This document shows positions 12,436 to 25,200 of a DNA stretch of 56,955 bases, piece after piece. The notes beneath the pieces are model-generated. The model did not search any database, was not told the origin of the DNA, and saw only the letters and a program-made list of their open reading frames with translations. Position numbers and translations under genes: made by a program. Positions within the stretch are counted from its first letter, which is position 1, and each line of letters starts with the position of its first letter. The DNA lies in assembly GCA_001938485.1 (NCBI GenBank), contig MQRK01183053.1:1-56955 (forward strand). The letters are read 5' to 3'. The DNA comes from Girardia tigrina. Taxonomy: Eukaryota.

Positions 12436-13328
12436 TGCCGCGATAGCTTGTAAAATAAGATGATTTTTTCGATTTACAAAAAACTATGTTATTCAAACAA
12501 ATTAGATGATCCAATTAATTACAAAACGATTATGTGAAAATTAGATCAAAAAAACTTTTTAAGATCCTAAAATGGGAACAACGGAAAATTCGAAGTTTCA
12601 TTAAAATATTAATTAAAAAAGATCTACTTATAAATCATAATTAGTTTATATTAATGCTTTATTGTGTTTTTTAATCATTTCTTTTAAGTAAAACTTTGTT
12701 GTCAAAGTAGAGTTTTGTCTGCATAAAGAATGGATTTTAAAAATTTAATGTTTTGATTTACTAGTTTATTATAAAATTAAATTTTAAATTACATTTTAAA
12801 CAAAAAAAGACTGCTATTTTTATGTTATCTGTATATTTTCGTGCATGTATTATATGAGATAAGATCTAGAATTACCCATTACATCAATTGACATGAGAAA
12901 TAAAAGTTAAACGCCTATATCTCTTTGGAATTACATCTTACAATTCCGAGTTTATGCATTTGGTACTCCAAATAATTCTCGATTCGAATCCGGATTCCAA
13001 ATCCAGTATTGAAGAACCGACTCCGAAAAGAAAAAGAAAAATGTATTCTTGTTTCGTTTGCCGCATCAAGGAAGTACTGTAAGTTAAATTCGTTATTCTG
13101 TGAAACTCTTACTATTGTGTGATTCGATCTTTTCGTCTTTGCTGTTTATTTTCATTGTTGAACAATTATAAATTTTGTTTATATTGTTTTATCTTTATTC
13201 TTTTATAAACATTGTGAAAAAAAGTTCACTGAACTTTAATTTTTGATTTAGATTTTTTTACAGTTATAATTAGTTGAGAATACGTGTACAATTTTTATAT
13301 AAAATATTCTTAATATTAATTATCGATT

Positions 13329-14246
13329 ATGATTAGGCAAATTACATTAATAGTCGTATTTTTATCTTTAATAATGACATTATTATTATTCAAGCATATC
13401 AAGATCGATTCAGATTGCAGGGAATTCCTTCTTTTGAATCAGAACAAATTTACATCTCCTAGTAGCGATAACAGTACAAATTTCAGCGTAAATGTTTTAA
13501 ACCTCATCGCAAAAAATCACACTTTTCAAAAAGCATCGTTGAAATACAACAATCGTAACATAAATATTTATGTTTACGATACACATGACTTGATTTCCAG
13601 AGAGATTATCGAAATTGGAACGTGGGAAAAAAAATGGGTCGATCAAGTGATGAAATCAATGATGAAATACAACGAATCTCAATTGCTCGATATCGGATGC
13701 AATTTGGGAGTGTATTCGCTCGTGGCGGCTTCTCTCGGCCACCGGGTTGTGGCTGTCGATGCCAACAGGAACAACACAGAACGATTGGTTCAATCCGCCG
13801 TCGATAATCATTTCGAAGACCGAATACAAATTGTGTCGAATGCGGTTTCCAATGTGAAAAAAGAAGTGTCGATGAGATTGGTCAGGGGGAATATCGGAGG
13901 TCAAGAACTGGAAGATGTTGGCAAACATTCGTATAAGATCACGAGTATATTTATGGATGATTTAGTGCCATTGATGGAAAAAGGGAAAGAGGTCATTATC
14001 AAAATTGACATCGAAAGAAGTGAAATAAAAGCAATTCAAAAATCGTCACGATTATTTTCAGAAAGAAAAGTTGTAGCTGTATTTATGGAATGGGAATGGA
14101 TAAAAGTTATGAAGGAATGTTATGCCTTAATTTGTTTCTTTATGACCCAAAATTATCGACCTTATTCGGATTTCGTTTCGACCGTCGAACTTGAGGTATC
14201 GGAATTTTGGTCATGGCCTTACGAAATAGTGTGGAAAAAAAATTGA
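13329..14246 (+). CDS. FkbM-family SAM-dependent methyltransferase with N-terminal membrane anchor
   Basis: Intact 305-aa ORF with hydrophobic N-terminus and GTWE, LLDIGCNLGVYSL, VVAVDA, IVSNAVS, GNIGG and IIKIDIERSE motifs. Confidence 0.88.
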   Translation: MIRQITLIVVFLSLIMTLLLFKHIKIDSDCREFLLLNQNKFTSPSSDNSTNFSVNVLNLIAKNHTFQKASLKYNNRNINIYVYDTHDLISREIIEIGTWEKKWVDQVMKSMMKYNESQLLDIGCNLGVYSLVAASLGHRVVAVDANRNNTERLVQSAVDNHFEDRIQIVSNAVSNVKKEVSMRLVRGNIGGQELEDVGKHSYKITSIFMDDLVPLMEKGKEVIIKIDIERSEIKAIQKSSRLFSERKVVAVFMEWEWIKVMKECYALICFFMTQNYRPYSDFVSTVELEVSEFWSWPYEIVWKKN

Positions 14247-14361
14247 TTTCATTGTTGATAATTTAATTTTATTTGAAACGTTTTTTTCTACTTTTGTTGT
14301 TTAAATATAAATTTAATATACAGGGTTATTAATAATTATATCCACTTTATTTAATATAAAT

Positions 14362-14415
14362 ATCTTATAAAAGCCCAAGTCACTCACTGCCTGCCTCACT
14401 GCCTCACTAACGCTG
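14362..14415 (+). repeat. Possible Helitron-like non-autonomous element 5' end
   Basis: tatcttataaaag followed by short cact/ctgc repeats, reminiscent of microsatellite-bearing invertebrate Helitron 5' ends. No confident 3' end was found. Confidence 0.25.
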
Positions 14416-14689
14416 TAAGGTAAATTTTTGAAATGATTTTATAATCAATAAAGAAATGATTGTATATTAATAAATAAATAAATATTAGACTGATATTAGA
14501 ATGAATGCGATTTTTGTAACCGTAATTTCTTAAATATCATTTTGTCTCGAGATATGATTTTCTAACTTTGCATTAAACAGAAATAAAAACTTTTGTTATA
14601 CGATTTTTTATACTCGAAACACTGAAATTTTCAATAAAAATGCTTTCAGAAAAAAGTCACGTGATCTAATAACATTGAACCCCCAGCAA

Positions 14690-16053
14690 GAGAGGGCCGC
14701 GAAAAATAATCGGACACGAACAAAAATATATTTAATTAAACAGCATTACAGAAAATGATGATGAGAATTAATGCAAATCAGTATTTTGTTGGAAATCCCA
14801 ATGTTTTAATAATTTCAAAGCATCTTTTTTGAAATTTTTTTTTTCACCAAATTTCGACAAACGTCTACCGGAATTTTTTGCCATTCTTCTTTTATTATTT
14901 TAAATTTTTCTTTAGCATTTTTTGCATTACGCCCCTTGATTTGTCGGTCCAGATGGTCCCANNNNNNNNNNNNNNNNNNNNNNNNNNNNNNNNNNNNNNN
15001 NNNNNNNNNNNNNNNNNNNNNNNNNNNNNNNNNNNNNNNNNNNNNNNNNNNNNNNNNNNNNNNNNNNNNNNNNNNTCATTATCATGTTGGAACAAAAAGC
15101 TTTGTGCCATATTTCTCTCAGCAAACGTCACCATAGCATCTCTTAATATGTCTCTGTAAACAATTGCATTCATCTTTTCTTCTATTTGAACAATAGGACC
15201 TACACCATTTCTGCTAAAGCACCCCCATACCATGACATTTCCTCCACCATGCTTAATTGTAGGAATTTGATATTTTGGTTCAAATCTTTTGTTGGCGGGC
15301 CTTCTAACATATGANNNNNNNNNNNNNNNNNNNNNNNNNNNNNNNNNNNNNNNNNNNNNNNNNNNNNNNNNNNNNNTCCATTCAATATGATTCTTTGCAA
15401 ACTCAATTCTGGCCTTCCTGTTCTTAGCTGAAACAAAAGGTTTTTTGGCTGGTCGTCTTCCATATAAAGAAACATCTTTTAAACGTCTTTTGACACTTGA
15501 AACATGAACATTCATTCCATGAAAAGATGAAATTTCAGACTTTATATCAACAGCTGTTAGTCTAGGATTCGATTGTGATATCCTTTTAATCATTTTATCT
15601 TCTTTATTAGAAGTTTTTCTCAATTGCCACATCTTGGCAATTGAGAAGCAGTGCCACGCACCTTTGACAATTTTATAATGTCACCAACTGTTGACTTTGG
15701 TACTTTGAGAAGCTCAGATGTCTTTCTTATAGATAAAAGGCGATTGTAAGCCACTAGAACATTATTTCTTTCTTCAATGGTTAATTGACGTTTTCTTGGA
15801 CCAGTTTGAAATCTCATTATCACACTACTGTTGTGAATTTGTGAGCAAAAAAATGTCCGATTATTTATGAGCGAAATGAATTACAAAAACAGATTTTATT
15901 AAAGAATTTATTGATTTATCGATAATTTAATTTTTTATGAAAGATATCAAACTGTTAAGCTACAGATTTTGGCAAAATTTCATTAATATATTTAATACCA
16001 TTCAAGAGATATAGCCAATTTTCACTTCGTCCGGTTATTTTTGAGAGCTACTG
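14690..16053 (-). mobile_element. Tc1/mariner DNA transposon; transposase 15817->14778 frameshifted
   Basis: Paired HTH regions, RPAKKPFVS..NRKARIEFA, KHGGGNVMVWGCFS, FQHDN and terminal GFPTKY*. The right end is ...GCTACTG|TA, and aaaaataa(t/c)cggac is shared by both ends in inverted orientation. Confidence 0.9.
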
Positions 16054-16340
16054 TATTAGACAGCACAATTCTCGTTAATTAAAATCGGTAGATAATATGA
16101 AATCTACCGAAATATATTACAATTAAAATAATATGTAATTTAAGATTTAAAAATTGTTATCTTTTTTTATTTTTGTTTATAAATAAACAAATTATAGCTA
16201 ATTCAATACTTGAAGACATGATTACGAGTTTAGAGAATCAATTTTAAAAGTCAAAAAAATTACCAGCAATAATATTTATTTTAAGAAATTTATAAAATTG
16301 TTTATTAATTAGGAAAATATTTTTCTACTTTATTCAGAGT

Positions 16341-16841
16341 TCATTGTTTGATTGCTTTGGTTACTTTTATACTTTTTCGACGTTCTGCAGAAAGTCTTAT
16401 TAAATGTTTCCGTACGCATTCCGCTGAAACATGAATTTGATAATCACTTTGTAATTGATCATTTAAATGAATGGTCATTTCGTCTAATTGTTCTGATGTG
16501 ACAACAGGATTATTGTTCATGTAATATTCCATCAATGCAACATGTTCTTCACTTATTGTATGGTTTCCTATAACTTGATTTTCACTTAATACTTGTCGTT
16601 TCTCTGATGTTCTCTTACGGTATTGTTCTGAAAGTAGTATTACATGTCTTCGTACACATTTATCTGAAACACTTATGTGATAATCACCGTATAGTATATC
16701 GATTATATGGATGATCATTTCATCTAATTGTTTTGATGTTACAACAGGATTATTTGTACAATAATATTCCATTAAGGAGAGATGTTCTTCTTTTAGATTA
16801 CAATTTTGACAATTTTGATTTTTCATAATATTACAAGACAT
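16341..16841 (-). CDS. Tandem-HTH-repeat protein, copy 3 (type B, 166 aa)
   Basis: Intact ORF. The segment 16054-17055 is an inverted duplicate of ~30054-31052. Confidence 0.75.
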   Translation of the reverse strand: MSCNIMKNQNCQNCNLKEEHLSLMEYYCTNNPVVTSKQLDEMIIHIIDILYGDYHISVSDKCVRRHVILLSEQYRKRTSEKRQVLSENQVIGNHTISEEHVALMEYYMNNNPVVTSEQLDEMTIHLNDQLQSDYQIHVSAECVRKHLIRLSAERRKSIKVTKAIKQ

Positions 16842-17050
16842 GTTTTAAATAACTAATAAATTTGTTATAAAGTTTACATATTAACATGTTAAATGAGATC
16901 GACTGATTTTAATAAAATAATAAATAATATTTTAATTGGATAAAAATGGAGTAAAAAGTTGTTATTTTGTTATTTGGAACTACTATATGATTTATTACTT
17001 TTTATATGACTCATTATTTTTTGCAATTTGATAAGTGGCTTGTGTAGATA

Positions 17051-17470
17051 AGATACATTGGAGAGACGTCCCGTCATCTTTGTAAGAGAATCCAAGAACA
17101 TGGTCGGAATGTATGTGGGAGTAATATTGCAGAACACAGAAATGGTTGTAAGTTGAATGAAAACATAAACATAAATGATTTTAAAATTCTGTGTTCTCGT
17201 TTTAAAAACTATTGTGAGAGGGTGGCCTGTGAAGCACTTTATATCAGATCTTTAGATCCTAATATTAATGTGCAAACGGGTCTCTCGAAAACCCTATTAA
17301 GCGTGTTTAGATGACATAATAATCCATTGATGACATAATCACTGCTTGCCTATATAAGCAGATTTAAAATTCATTTCTTTCTTGAGACCTGACGATGACG
17401 GTTATACCGTCGAAATTAATTGTCGTAAAAAATAAATTTAACAAATGGCGTGTTTTTGTTTTTAAACATA
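17051..17470 (+). mobile_element. Second 5'-truncated Penelope-like insert (GIY-YIG C-terminus plus pLTR)
   Basis: Manual translation of 17054-17314 (absent from the ORF track): YIGETSRHLCKRIQEH...EH...EALYIRSLDPNINVQ...VFR*. It is followed by TATATAA (17351), a hammerhead motif and AATAAA. Confidence 0.85.
17386..17424 (+). ncRNA. Minimal type I hammerhead ribozyme motif
   Basis: gac-CTGACGA-t-GACGG-ttata-CCGTC-GAAA-ttaa-TT-gtc gives a 3-bp stem I, a 5-bp stem II and a palindromic stem III. Confidence 0.8.
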
Positions 17471-19117
17471 ATTTGCCATTATTTTTTAATTTTTTAAAAA
17501 ATATTAATTTGATTTATTTATTAAATATTATAAAAATTAATAAACTTATTTAAAATTTTAAAATTATATGAAATTAAAAATAAATTTAAACATTACATAT
17601 TTTTAGATAATAAGAATTAAAAGATTAATCATCCATCTGGGTAGGAGAGACACATTTCCAAATCAACATACACATTCAAACACAAAACATCAAACATTCA
17701 AACATCCTCACAGAGACATTCTCCGGATCCCATCAAACTCCTTTTTACCTGTAAATATTTTTATTGCGGTCATTTATTTGTCATTACACAATTGATTAAT
17801 CTGAATAGATGCGGTCTATTATGATGATTTTCTTTTGTAAATATCAATAACCTGTAAATTCGAGTCCTGACCGTCTAGCGCCCCGATCTAGGCGGATTTC
17901 TACAGGTCGTCGTCGCCGTCTCATGGTTTTCTCACACAATTCCGTGTGGGCTTCGGCGATCAGCCGTAAATGCCCTTCAATTCAAATCCGTGTATCACGT
18001 TGGGATGTAGAACAGCAAACTAAAACAAACAAAATTTCCCGAGAACTAAATTTTACTGATTAGTGATTTTTACAGGATTTTGTTACCAAATAGAAGTTTT
18101 ATAATAATTAATTTTATTGATTTTATCAGTAGAAATTATAAAATAGAACTTTTATGATAATTAAATTAGTAAATTTTTAAGTTAACAAATGTATGGTCAG
18201 TGAATTTGAAGTTTTTTAGGAGCGATTACATAATTATATAACTTGATTGAGTTAATTTTGATGGAGAGTTGGAATTCAATTTAGTTTGACCTGAATTTAA
18301 GCCCAATTGCAAATTTTAATGAAAAATCTCAACCGACTAATATTTGGAATTTGTAATTTTAATGAATTCATCAGCTTTATAATGCAATGATTTTACGAAA
18401 TTATCAATTTTATAAGGAATGATTATCAGAATTAGTGAATAGATATTAGAAATTTTTAATGGATTTTATGATTTAGGAGCTGCCAATTGGGGTTGGTAGG
18501 AATTGTAGTTGGCTAAATTCGACATTATTATCGAAAGAAATTTTAAATGTAGTTGAGAATTTTCTTTTAGGAAATCTTCTGACCATGATCTCACTCATAA
18601 GAGACAAAAATCGATATTGGCTTTCCAGGTTTAGTTTCTATCCTAATAGATTATCGATTGATAAATAATTAATGAACAATTGATAAGTTGAGGAAGTGTA
18701 AATTAGAATGAATCAGTAACTGTAAATAAATAAGCCTGTTGTTGGTAAGTCCTCACTGCTCTAAGACAAATGTACCGATAATATATTAGTGAAAATACTC
18801 TAATGATGACTTTTTAGCGTAGTTAAGAGGTTCTAAGGTGAATCGGTACGAATTAGATAAAATGCGATTGAGAGAGATGTTAGCGAATAAATCGACAATG
18901 TAATAGAATTTAAGGATCGATATAATGAGTACAATATTTATTGATTTTCTTTAGAAATACATCAACATTACTAGTCAGCATATATTCGCAACACTACCGA
19001 AGTTCGACAAGATATATCACACAATAGTACAAGCACAATGCCGCAAGTATGACGATACACATGACAAACCAGCAGCGCGACAAACATAATAGTGACAGAC
19101 ATTAAAGTAGACGTATA

Positions 19118-19370
19118 AAATCATTCCCTATCGATACTGACCCAGGTGAGGGGCCCATAGTCTATCCCATCTCGAACTGAACCCGAAGGCCCTTCGAACT
19201 TGGCACTGCTAGGCAGATGTCAAGTGAGAAGAGGCGTCCGACCCTATCCTTGACGAACCTACTAAAGAGTAAACAACTTGTTAAAATAACATTGGGTTGT
19301 GGTTGACCATTAACAATCACTGGGGGCTCTTGAGCTTACAAAAATGTTTTCACTCGAGAGGGTCGTGACA
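19118..19370 (-). repeat. LTR-like terminus (TGTCACGACCC...), diverged copy of 22268-22512
   Basis: ~245 bp of reverse-complement similarity ending exactly at TGT in both copies. A possible far end is 18504 (gaat|tgt...aca|gaat), which is tentative. Confidence 0.7.
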
Positions 19371-20449
19371 GAATATCATTTTTCGACAATCAAATGCATT
19401 TCGGCCATTGCTTTTCGCCCGACATATCTCATCAATTGAAGAACATTTCAAATCGGCGAAACGGCAGTGGCGACAACGGAATCCGATTAACTGAGCCCGT
19501 CTGGATGAATTTCATATCGTTCGAATTGAATTACGAATTATATTTTGATTTCGATGGAAATTTTGTGCTGTTCGATAAACAGTCGATTTGCGGAACGGGA
19601 ACCGTTGATCAGACACATTACCATCTGAATATTATAGGAGTTTTGAAATTATGTAAAATAATAATTCCTTATTCTCCGCCACCCAAATTCTGCCCCTCAC
19701 ATTGTCAGAGAGTCGCAGCCACGAAACCGCCCCGCAACCCATTCTCGCACCACTATCCGTCGATTCATTTTTATCAAGCACATCATCACTGATATCTATA
19801 CTGAACTCAATCCATCTCTAACTCGTATTATCTTTCTCGCTGTCTCCTCTGTCCTCGGATCCTTCGTGTCTCTTGTGTCTCGTGTGTGTGCGATTGCCTC
19901 TCGTTCTTGATCTGTGCAACTTGGGCGCACACAGTATCGTATCCGTGAGTACTTCTCTCACGTGCTCTCTCCCTGGAAAAAAAGACAATCAATCTCACTT
20001 GTGGAACGCTGCGACCCACATGCGCAACTACCAACACACACACATTGATCAACTCGAAACATATCTGATCTGTCTCGAAGACGCTCGCAACAATCTGTCT
20101 CAGATTGCCTCGCTCGCCCTCGTACTCAGTCATCTGATCGTTTAATATCTCTCTATCAAGGAACGCTACGAATGTCTCTATCTCTCTAGCTCTTTCTCCC
20201 GGGGCGATCGAGACAGATTGCTTCCGTCAACCTCGGCGTACTCATCATCATAAATACAAATCAATCAATAAATGAAATTCGTTCGACTGATCAAATATAT
20301 TATTATCATTTTAATTTCACATAATTTATTATTATTAATTATATAAACTAAATAAATTTTATTAATTATTAAACAAAACTCTATCAATGAATTATAGATG
20401 AATAATGAATAAAAAATGTTGATAAATCAGACTAAAAAGACAATATAGT

Positions 20450-22030
20450 TCCTACTTTGATCAAAGATGATAAGTGGTGATTGTTTTCTAAGAAGATTTT
20501 GTTTGTTTCATAAAAGAACATAACTGTTCACAAACATATTTTGAACCAACCATTGTCGTAATCTCTCTGGAAAACCCATTAGGAATGTATGAAAAAATAT
20601 CGGTATCCCCACTTCAAGATACTTTAGTCTGAATTTAAAATCCAATTGTATTTTTAAAAGTTCCATTTGCAAGCTTTCTTCTGCCTTTGAAACATGGAAT
20701 GTGAATGGTGATGAGAATAATGCAAAGTGATGTTCACAGGATATAAAAATCACAACATTTTTCCTGGAATTCCCTTGACGCTAGATGATTGTCATACTAA
20801 GTATAGCTAAATAAATATATACTCTGTATTAGCTATGTTCATCTACTCTGCATATAGGAAAATGAACTAAATTTTTATCTGACAACTGTAGCTTCCATAA
20901 ACTTAGTTTGGCAATGAAACACTTGATATCATCATACAGTGAAGTGATTAGTTAGTTTTAGCCTGTAATTTCAGATAAAAATCAATTCAATGTTCAGTTA
21001 TATTCACTGCGAAAGCTAAGTCTAGAAGCTTGCCTTCATTATTTATCTATTATTTCATGTGTTTCGACCTTTCATCTGCAAAAACATAACTATTTCTTGT
21101 CTCAACTTAAAGAAAATTTTCAAAATTTTGTGACATGACAACCAGCGAATTTCTATGTAGAATGGAATATCTGTGAACTGATTAATCCATATCTTCTAAC
21201 AGTTGAAGAAACTGACGGTTGTTGAGAGCACGACCTCTTGTATAGTTTATTTCCTTTGTCACCAACCTAAGCACATGATCCAATTAAAAAATTTTTGAAC
21301 ACTAATTTTGCTGATGAATTATACAGTGAAAGTGTAAAAATGATAAATGTGTATGTAAGATTTCTATTTTCTTGTAAATCGTATCTGCCAATCATTTTCA
21401 CAGCAACATCAGTAGATAAATATGCAGACCTTCACAAATCAAATCCATATTCCCACAGAACCTGATCTATTTTCTTTAAATGTTTTCGGCTTTCGTAGTG
21501 TCATGCATTGGTACCAATTCAAGCAGTTCTTCTTCACTGACGCCAACGTACTCATCAATAACAATAGAAAAATGTTCACATTAAATGAAATTTCATCATT
21601 CCGATCAGCAACATTGTTCCTGGTTAGTGAAATGTCGTTGAATAAATGTGCTATCTTTTGACATAAAATTTAAGCTATTTTTACAAGGCATTGCTTTTAA
21701 ATATCCCCTTCACTAAAAAACTTCCCGTACAGGCGATTATTTTGCTGAGTTTATAGCTTGCAATAACGGAAGCAGCAGAACCTTTTTGAATTTTCGTAAA
21801 AACGTTTGTTGCTGTGTCAAATTACTCTTAAACTCCTTTTACTTTGAAACACGCATTGGGATTCCATATTTGTCATAAACTCTGATGTTCGTTTCATGTC
21901 TTTTCAAGTTGTATTCTTTTTGACTTGGCGATACCGCGGTTGCGAATTAGACAGTGCATCTTCCCGTCTATTCTTATGCAAAAATATTTTGATTCTCACT
22001 TTTCTTGAAATACTTGTTTAGGTAACGACA
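20450..22030 (-). pseudogene. hAT transposase relic, Buster/GTF2IRD2-EPM2AIP1-like
   Basis: Minus-strand translation gives KEYNLKRH, FSIVIDE, FHCIIHQQ (~21310-21330), RALNNRQF, EIRWLS (~21140) and GSKYVCEQL, with many frameshifts. Confidence 0.8.
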
Positions 22031-22267
22031 AATGAGGAATATAAAATGCTTGAAATAAAATTGGACCAAAATGTGAAATTTTGATGTCGAATTCAAGGGG
22101 TAAAATTAATTTTATTAGTTGGTACTACACCAAGAATATACAATGACGTAAACTCTACCTAGAGAAGCACATTATATAAAAATGACCATCCTTAGCCTCA
22201 GAAAAATTTAAAAGAGGAAAATCGGTGATATTAATTACGTTATAATATATAAGTTATCGTTAGCATA

Positions 22268-25200
22268 TGTCACGACCCTCTCAAGTGCAAACACTTTTAA
22301 AAGCTCATGAGCCCCCAGTGATTGTTAAGGGTCAACCACAACTCATTGTAATTTTATTTTTACTTTAAAGTTGATTATACACAGGGTCGGACGTCTCCTA
22401 TTTTGCCTGACATCTGTCTAGCAGTGCCAAGCTCAAGGGGCCTTCGGGTTCAGTTAGAAGTGGGATAGACTGTGGGCCCCCACCTGGGTCAGCATCGATA
22501 GGGGAATGATTTCAATTTGTACAGTTAAGTAACCTTCCGATACTTACATCGCTTATGTCTGCCCGTAGAGGTGTGCTGGCATCATATGTTTGAAAAGTTA
22601 GTTTATCGTAAGAATTAGAGGTCATTATAAAGTCGTCGTCATTTCGGTCATCTTATCTCTGTTTTAATTCAGCACCTTGCGTTTTCTAGAAATCCCTTCC
22701 TGGTACTTTTGTCTATAATAATTTTTCCGCATAATACTAAGTCCTAAGATTATTTAGCAGAGGTAACTGATTAACGGACATCTAATTCGTAGTTCTGTCA
22801 AAAGAAAATTTTACAGAGTCCGAAAGGAAATCCCTATCCAAATTCGTCGATTTTCTCTGGAGCCTAATGTCCAATATCAAGCATATCTTATAAATTTTAT
22901 TAATTTAATCAGCGATATTTTGTATTTAATGAACAATCAAATGATATTCGCAATTTAAATAGCAAATAAATATCATTCCGACGCCTCCAGTCATCATGAA
23001 AACAATGAGAAAATGTGAAAATAGTTACTTCGGGGTGTTCTACTTATTATATTTATTTATGAAACTTGATCGAGAAATTTTCAGAATTTTCAAAAATTCG
23101 AAATTTGATAACATTTATCAGAAAAAAATTTAAGAGATCTTGTAAAGTTTTTTATCATAAGTTTCGTTAGTGAGCTCGACATATTCACCCTAATTATTTA
23201 ACAAATTATAAATTTATCATAATGAATTGAGTGAGTGAATAAATGGTGATAATGAATATCTTAATGAAAAAAATTTTTTTATAATCTACAAAAGCCATAT
23301 GGAAATTATAAAAATCTATTTTACGAAAAAATCATGAAAATAATTAATAATAATTATATACAAAACTTTAGTTCAAGATGTGTTTGTTTTAATATTTCAA
23401 CCCTATCCTCGAGGTCGCGCCACCAAATCAAACCCCGTCGGATTCTATCTTCATGTTTCTGGTGGAACGGAGTTTTCTCTTGACTCTGTCGCCATTTGAT
23501 TAATCTAGGTGACTCGCGATTCCACGCTGGCTGGAGCCCACTCAATACGAGCACCTCAGTTAAATAACTTAATGGTAACGGTCGCTCATTGACGATGATT
23601 AAGGTACTGCGACCTTCATTGATTGATTCAGGTAATCGATAATTACTCCGGGGCATCTGCGATGCAGGACGACGTCGGCGACGGGAACGACTACGAAGGG
23701 CGGCGGCTGTTGAGACCTACGGCTTGGAACCCGTGGCCGTCCGGGCTAAATCGACAAAGGAGAATAACCCATCGGCACTTAAACTCGGTTAGATAATATT
23801 TTATTCGAACAACAATTGCCTATAACTGAATTAACTAATAGAAAAAGAGAAAAAGGATTAAATATAAATTATAATTCAATTTAAAATAAATTCAATTCAA
23901 ACATTTATTTAAATTTTTAAACCAGAATAAAACTCGTCAATATAAAATAAATACAACACAATAATTTAATTTTACTGTAATAGTATCCAGGGAGTGTTAA
24001 AGCTCGGGTCAATTGTTTGTTCACGCGTCGTTCTTCGCCGGTTGCCTCGATAGAAAGTCGGAGTACGCAGTGACGGTTCTGCACTCGAATTGGTCGTCTC
24101 AAGTCGCGGCTGTGGCTCTCCTTTTCGATTTCGCTGCCGTACAACGCCAATGAATCCGCTTTGTGGCTGATCGTTAGCGTTTTCCTCTGGTTATTAACTT
24201 GTTTCTTCCTCCTGATTTCGTTGGATTGCGCTACTGTGGTTCGCTGCTCAAATTGGTTTTCTTGAAGGTGCGTTAATACGTCGTCTCAAGCGTCTATCAA
24301 AATTGTGCGACTTAGTTAAAAATTGACTTCTCTTTTATATTCTAGGTATATTGTCCTGTGTTAAGGTCCTGAAATTAAAAAAATATTTTAAAAAAAAACA
24401 AATTTTAAAAATAAATAAATAAGTAAACTTACTCTCCTAAAAAACAAAAATATATAAATTATAAAAAAATAATAAATTATAATTAAAATAAAATGTGTCG
24501 ATTANNNNNNNNNNNNNNNNNNNNNNNNNNNNNNNNNNNNNNNNNNNNNNNNNNNNNNNNNNNNNNNNNNNNNNNNNNNNNNNNNNNNNNNNNNNNNNNN
24601 NNNNNNNNNNNNNNNNNNNNNNNNNNNNNNNNNNNNNNNNNNNNNNNNNNNNNNNNNNNNNNNNNNNNNNNNNNNNNNNNNNNNNNNNNNNNNNNNNNNN
24701 NNNNNNNNNNNNNNNNNNNNNNNNNNNNNNNNNNNNNNNNNNNNNNNNNNNNNNNNNNNNNNNNNNNNNNNNNNNNNNNNNNNNNNNNNNNNNNNNNNNN
24801 NNNNNNNNNNNNNNNNNNNNNNNNNNNNNNNNNNNNNNNNNNNNNNNNNNNNNNNNNNNNNNNNNNNNNNNNNNNNNNNNNNNNNNNNNNNNNNNNNNNN
24901 NNNNNNNNNNNNNNNNNNNNNNNNNNNNNNNNNNNNNNNNNNNNNNNNNNNNNNNNNNNNNNNNNNNNNNNNNNNNNNNNNNNNNNNNNNNNNNNNNNNN
25001 NNNNNNNNNNNNNNNNNNNNNNNNNNNNNNNNNNNNNNNNNNNNNNNNNNNNNNNNNNNNNNNNNNNNNNNNNNNNNNNNNNNNNNNNNNNNNNNNNNNN
25101 NNNNNNNNNNNNNNNNNNNNNNNNNNNNNNNNNNNNNNNNNNNNNNNNNNNNNNNNNNNNNNNNNNNNNNNNNNNNNNNNNNNNNNNNNNNNNNNNNNNN

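Noticed and set aside
12940-13160. PKRKRK followed by CFVC (possible zinc-finger remnant)
   Set aside because: It is too short and disrupted to assign.
14962-15376. N gaps falling over Tc1 catalytic motifs (and RT motifs at 626-725, 962-1047)
   Set aside because: This most likely reflects assembly failure at conserved multicopy sequence. It prevents checking the DDE triad but is not a biological signal.
19394-20250. GC-richer CT-rich stretch with overlapping ORFs on both strands
   Set aside because: No recognisable motif, and I cannot choose a frame or product.
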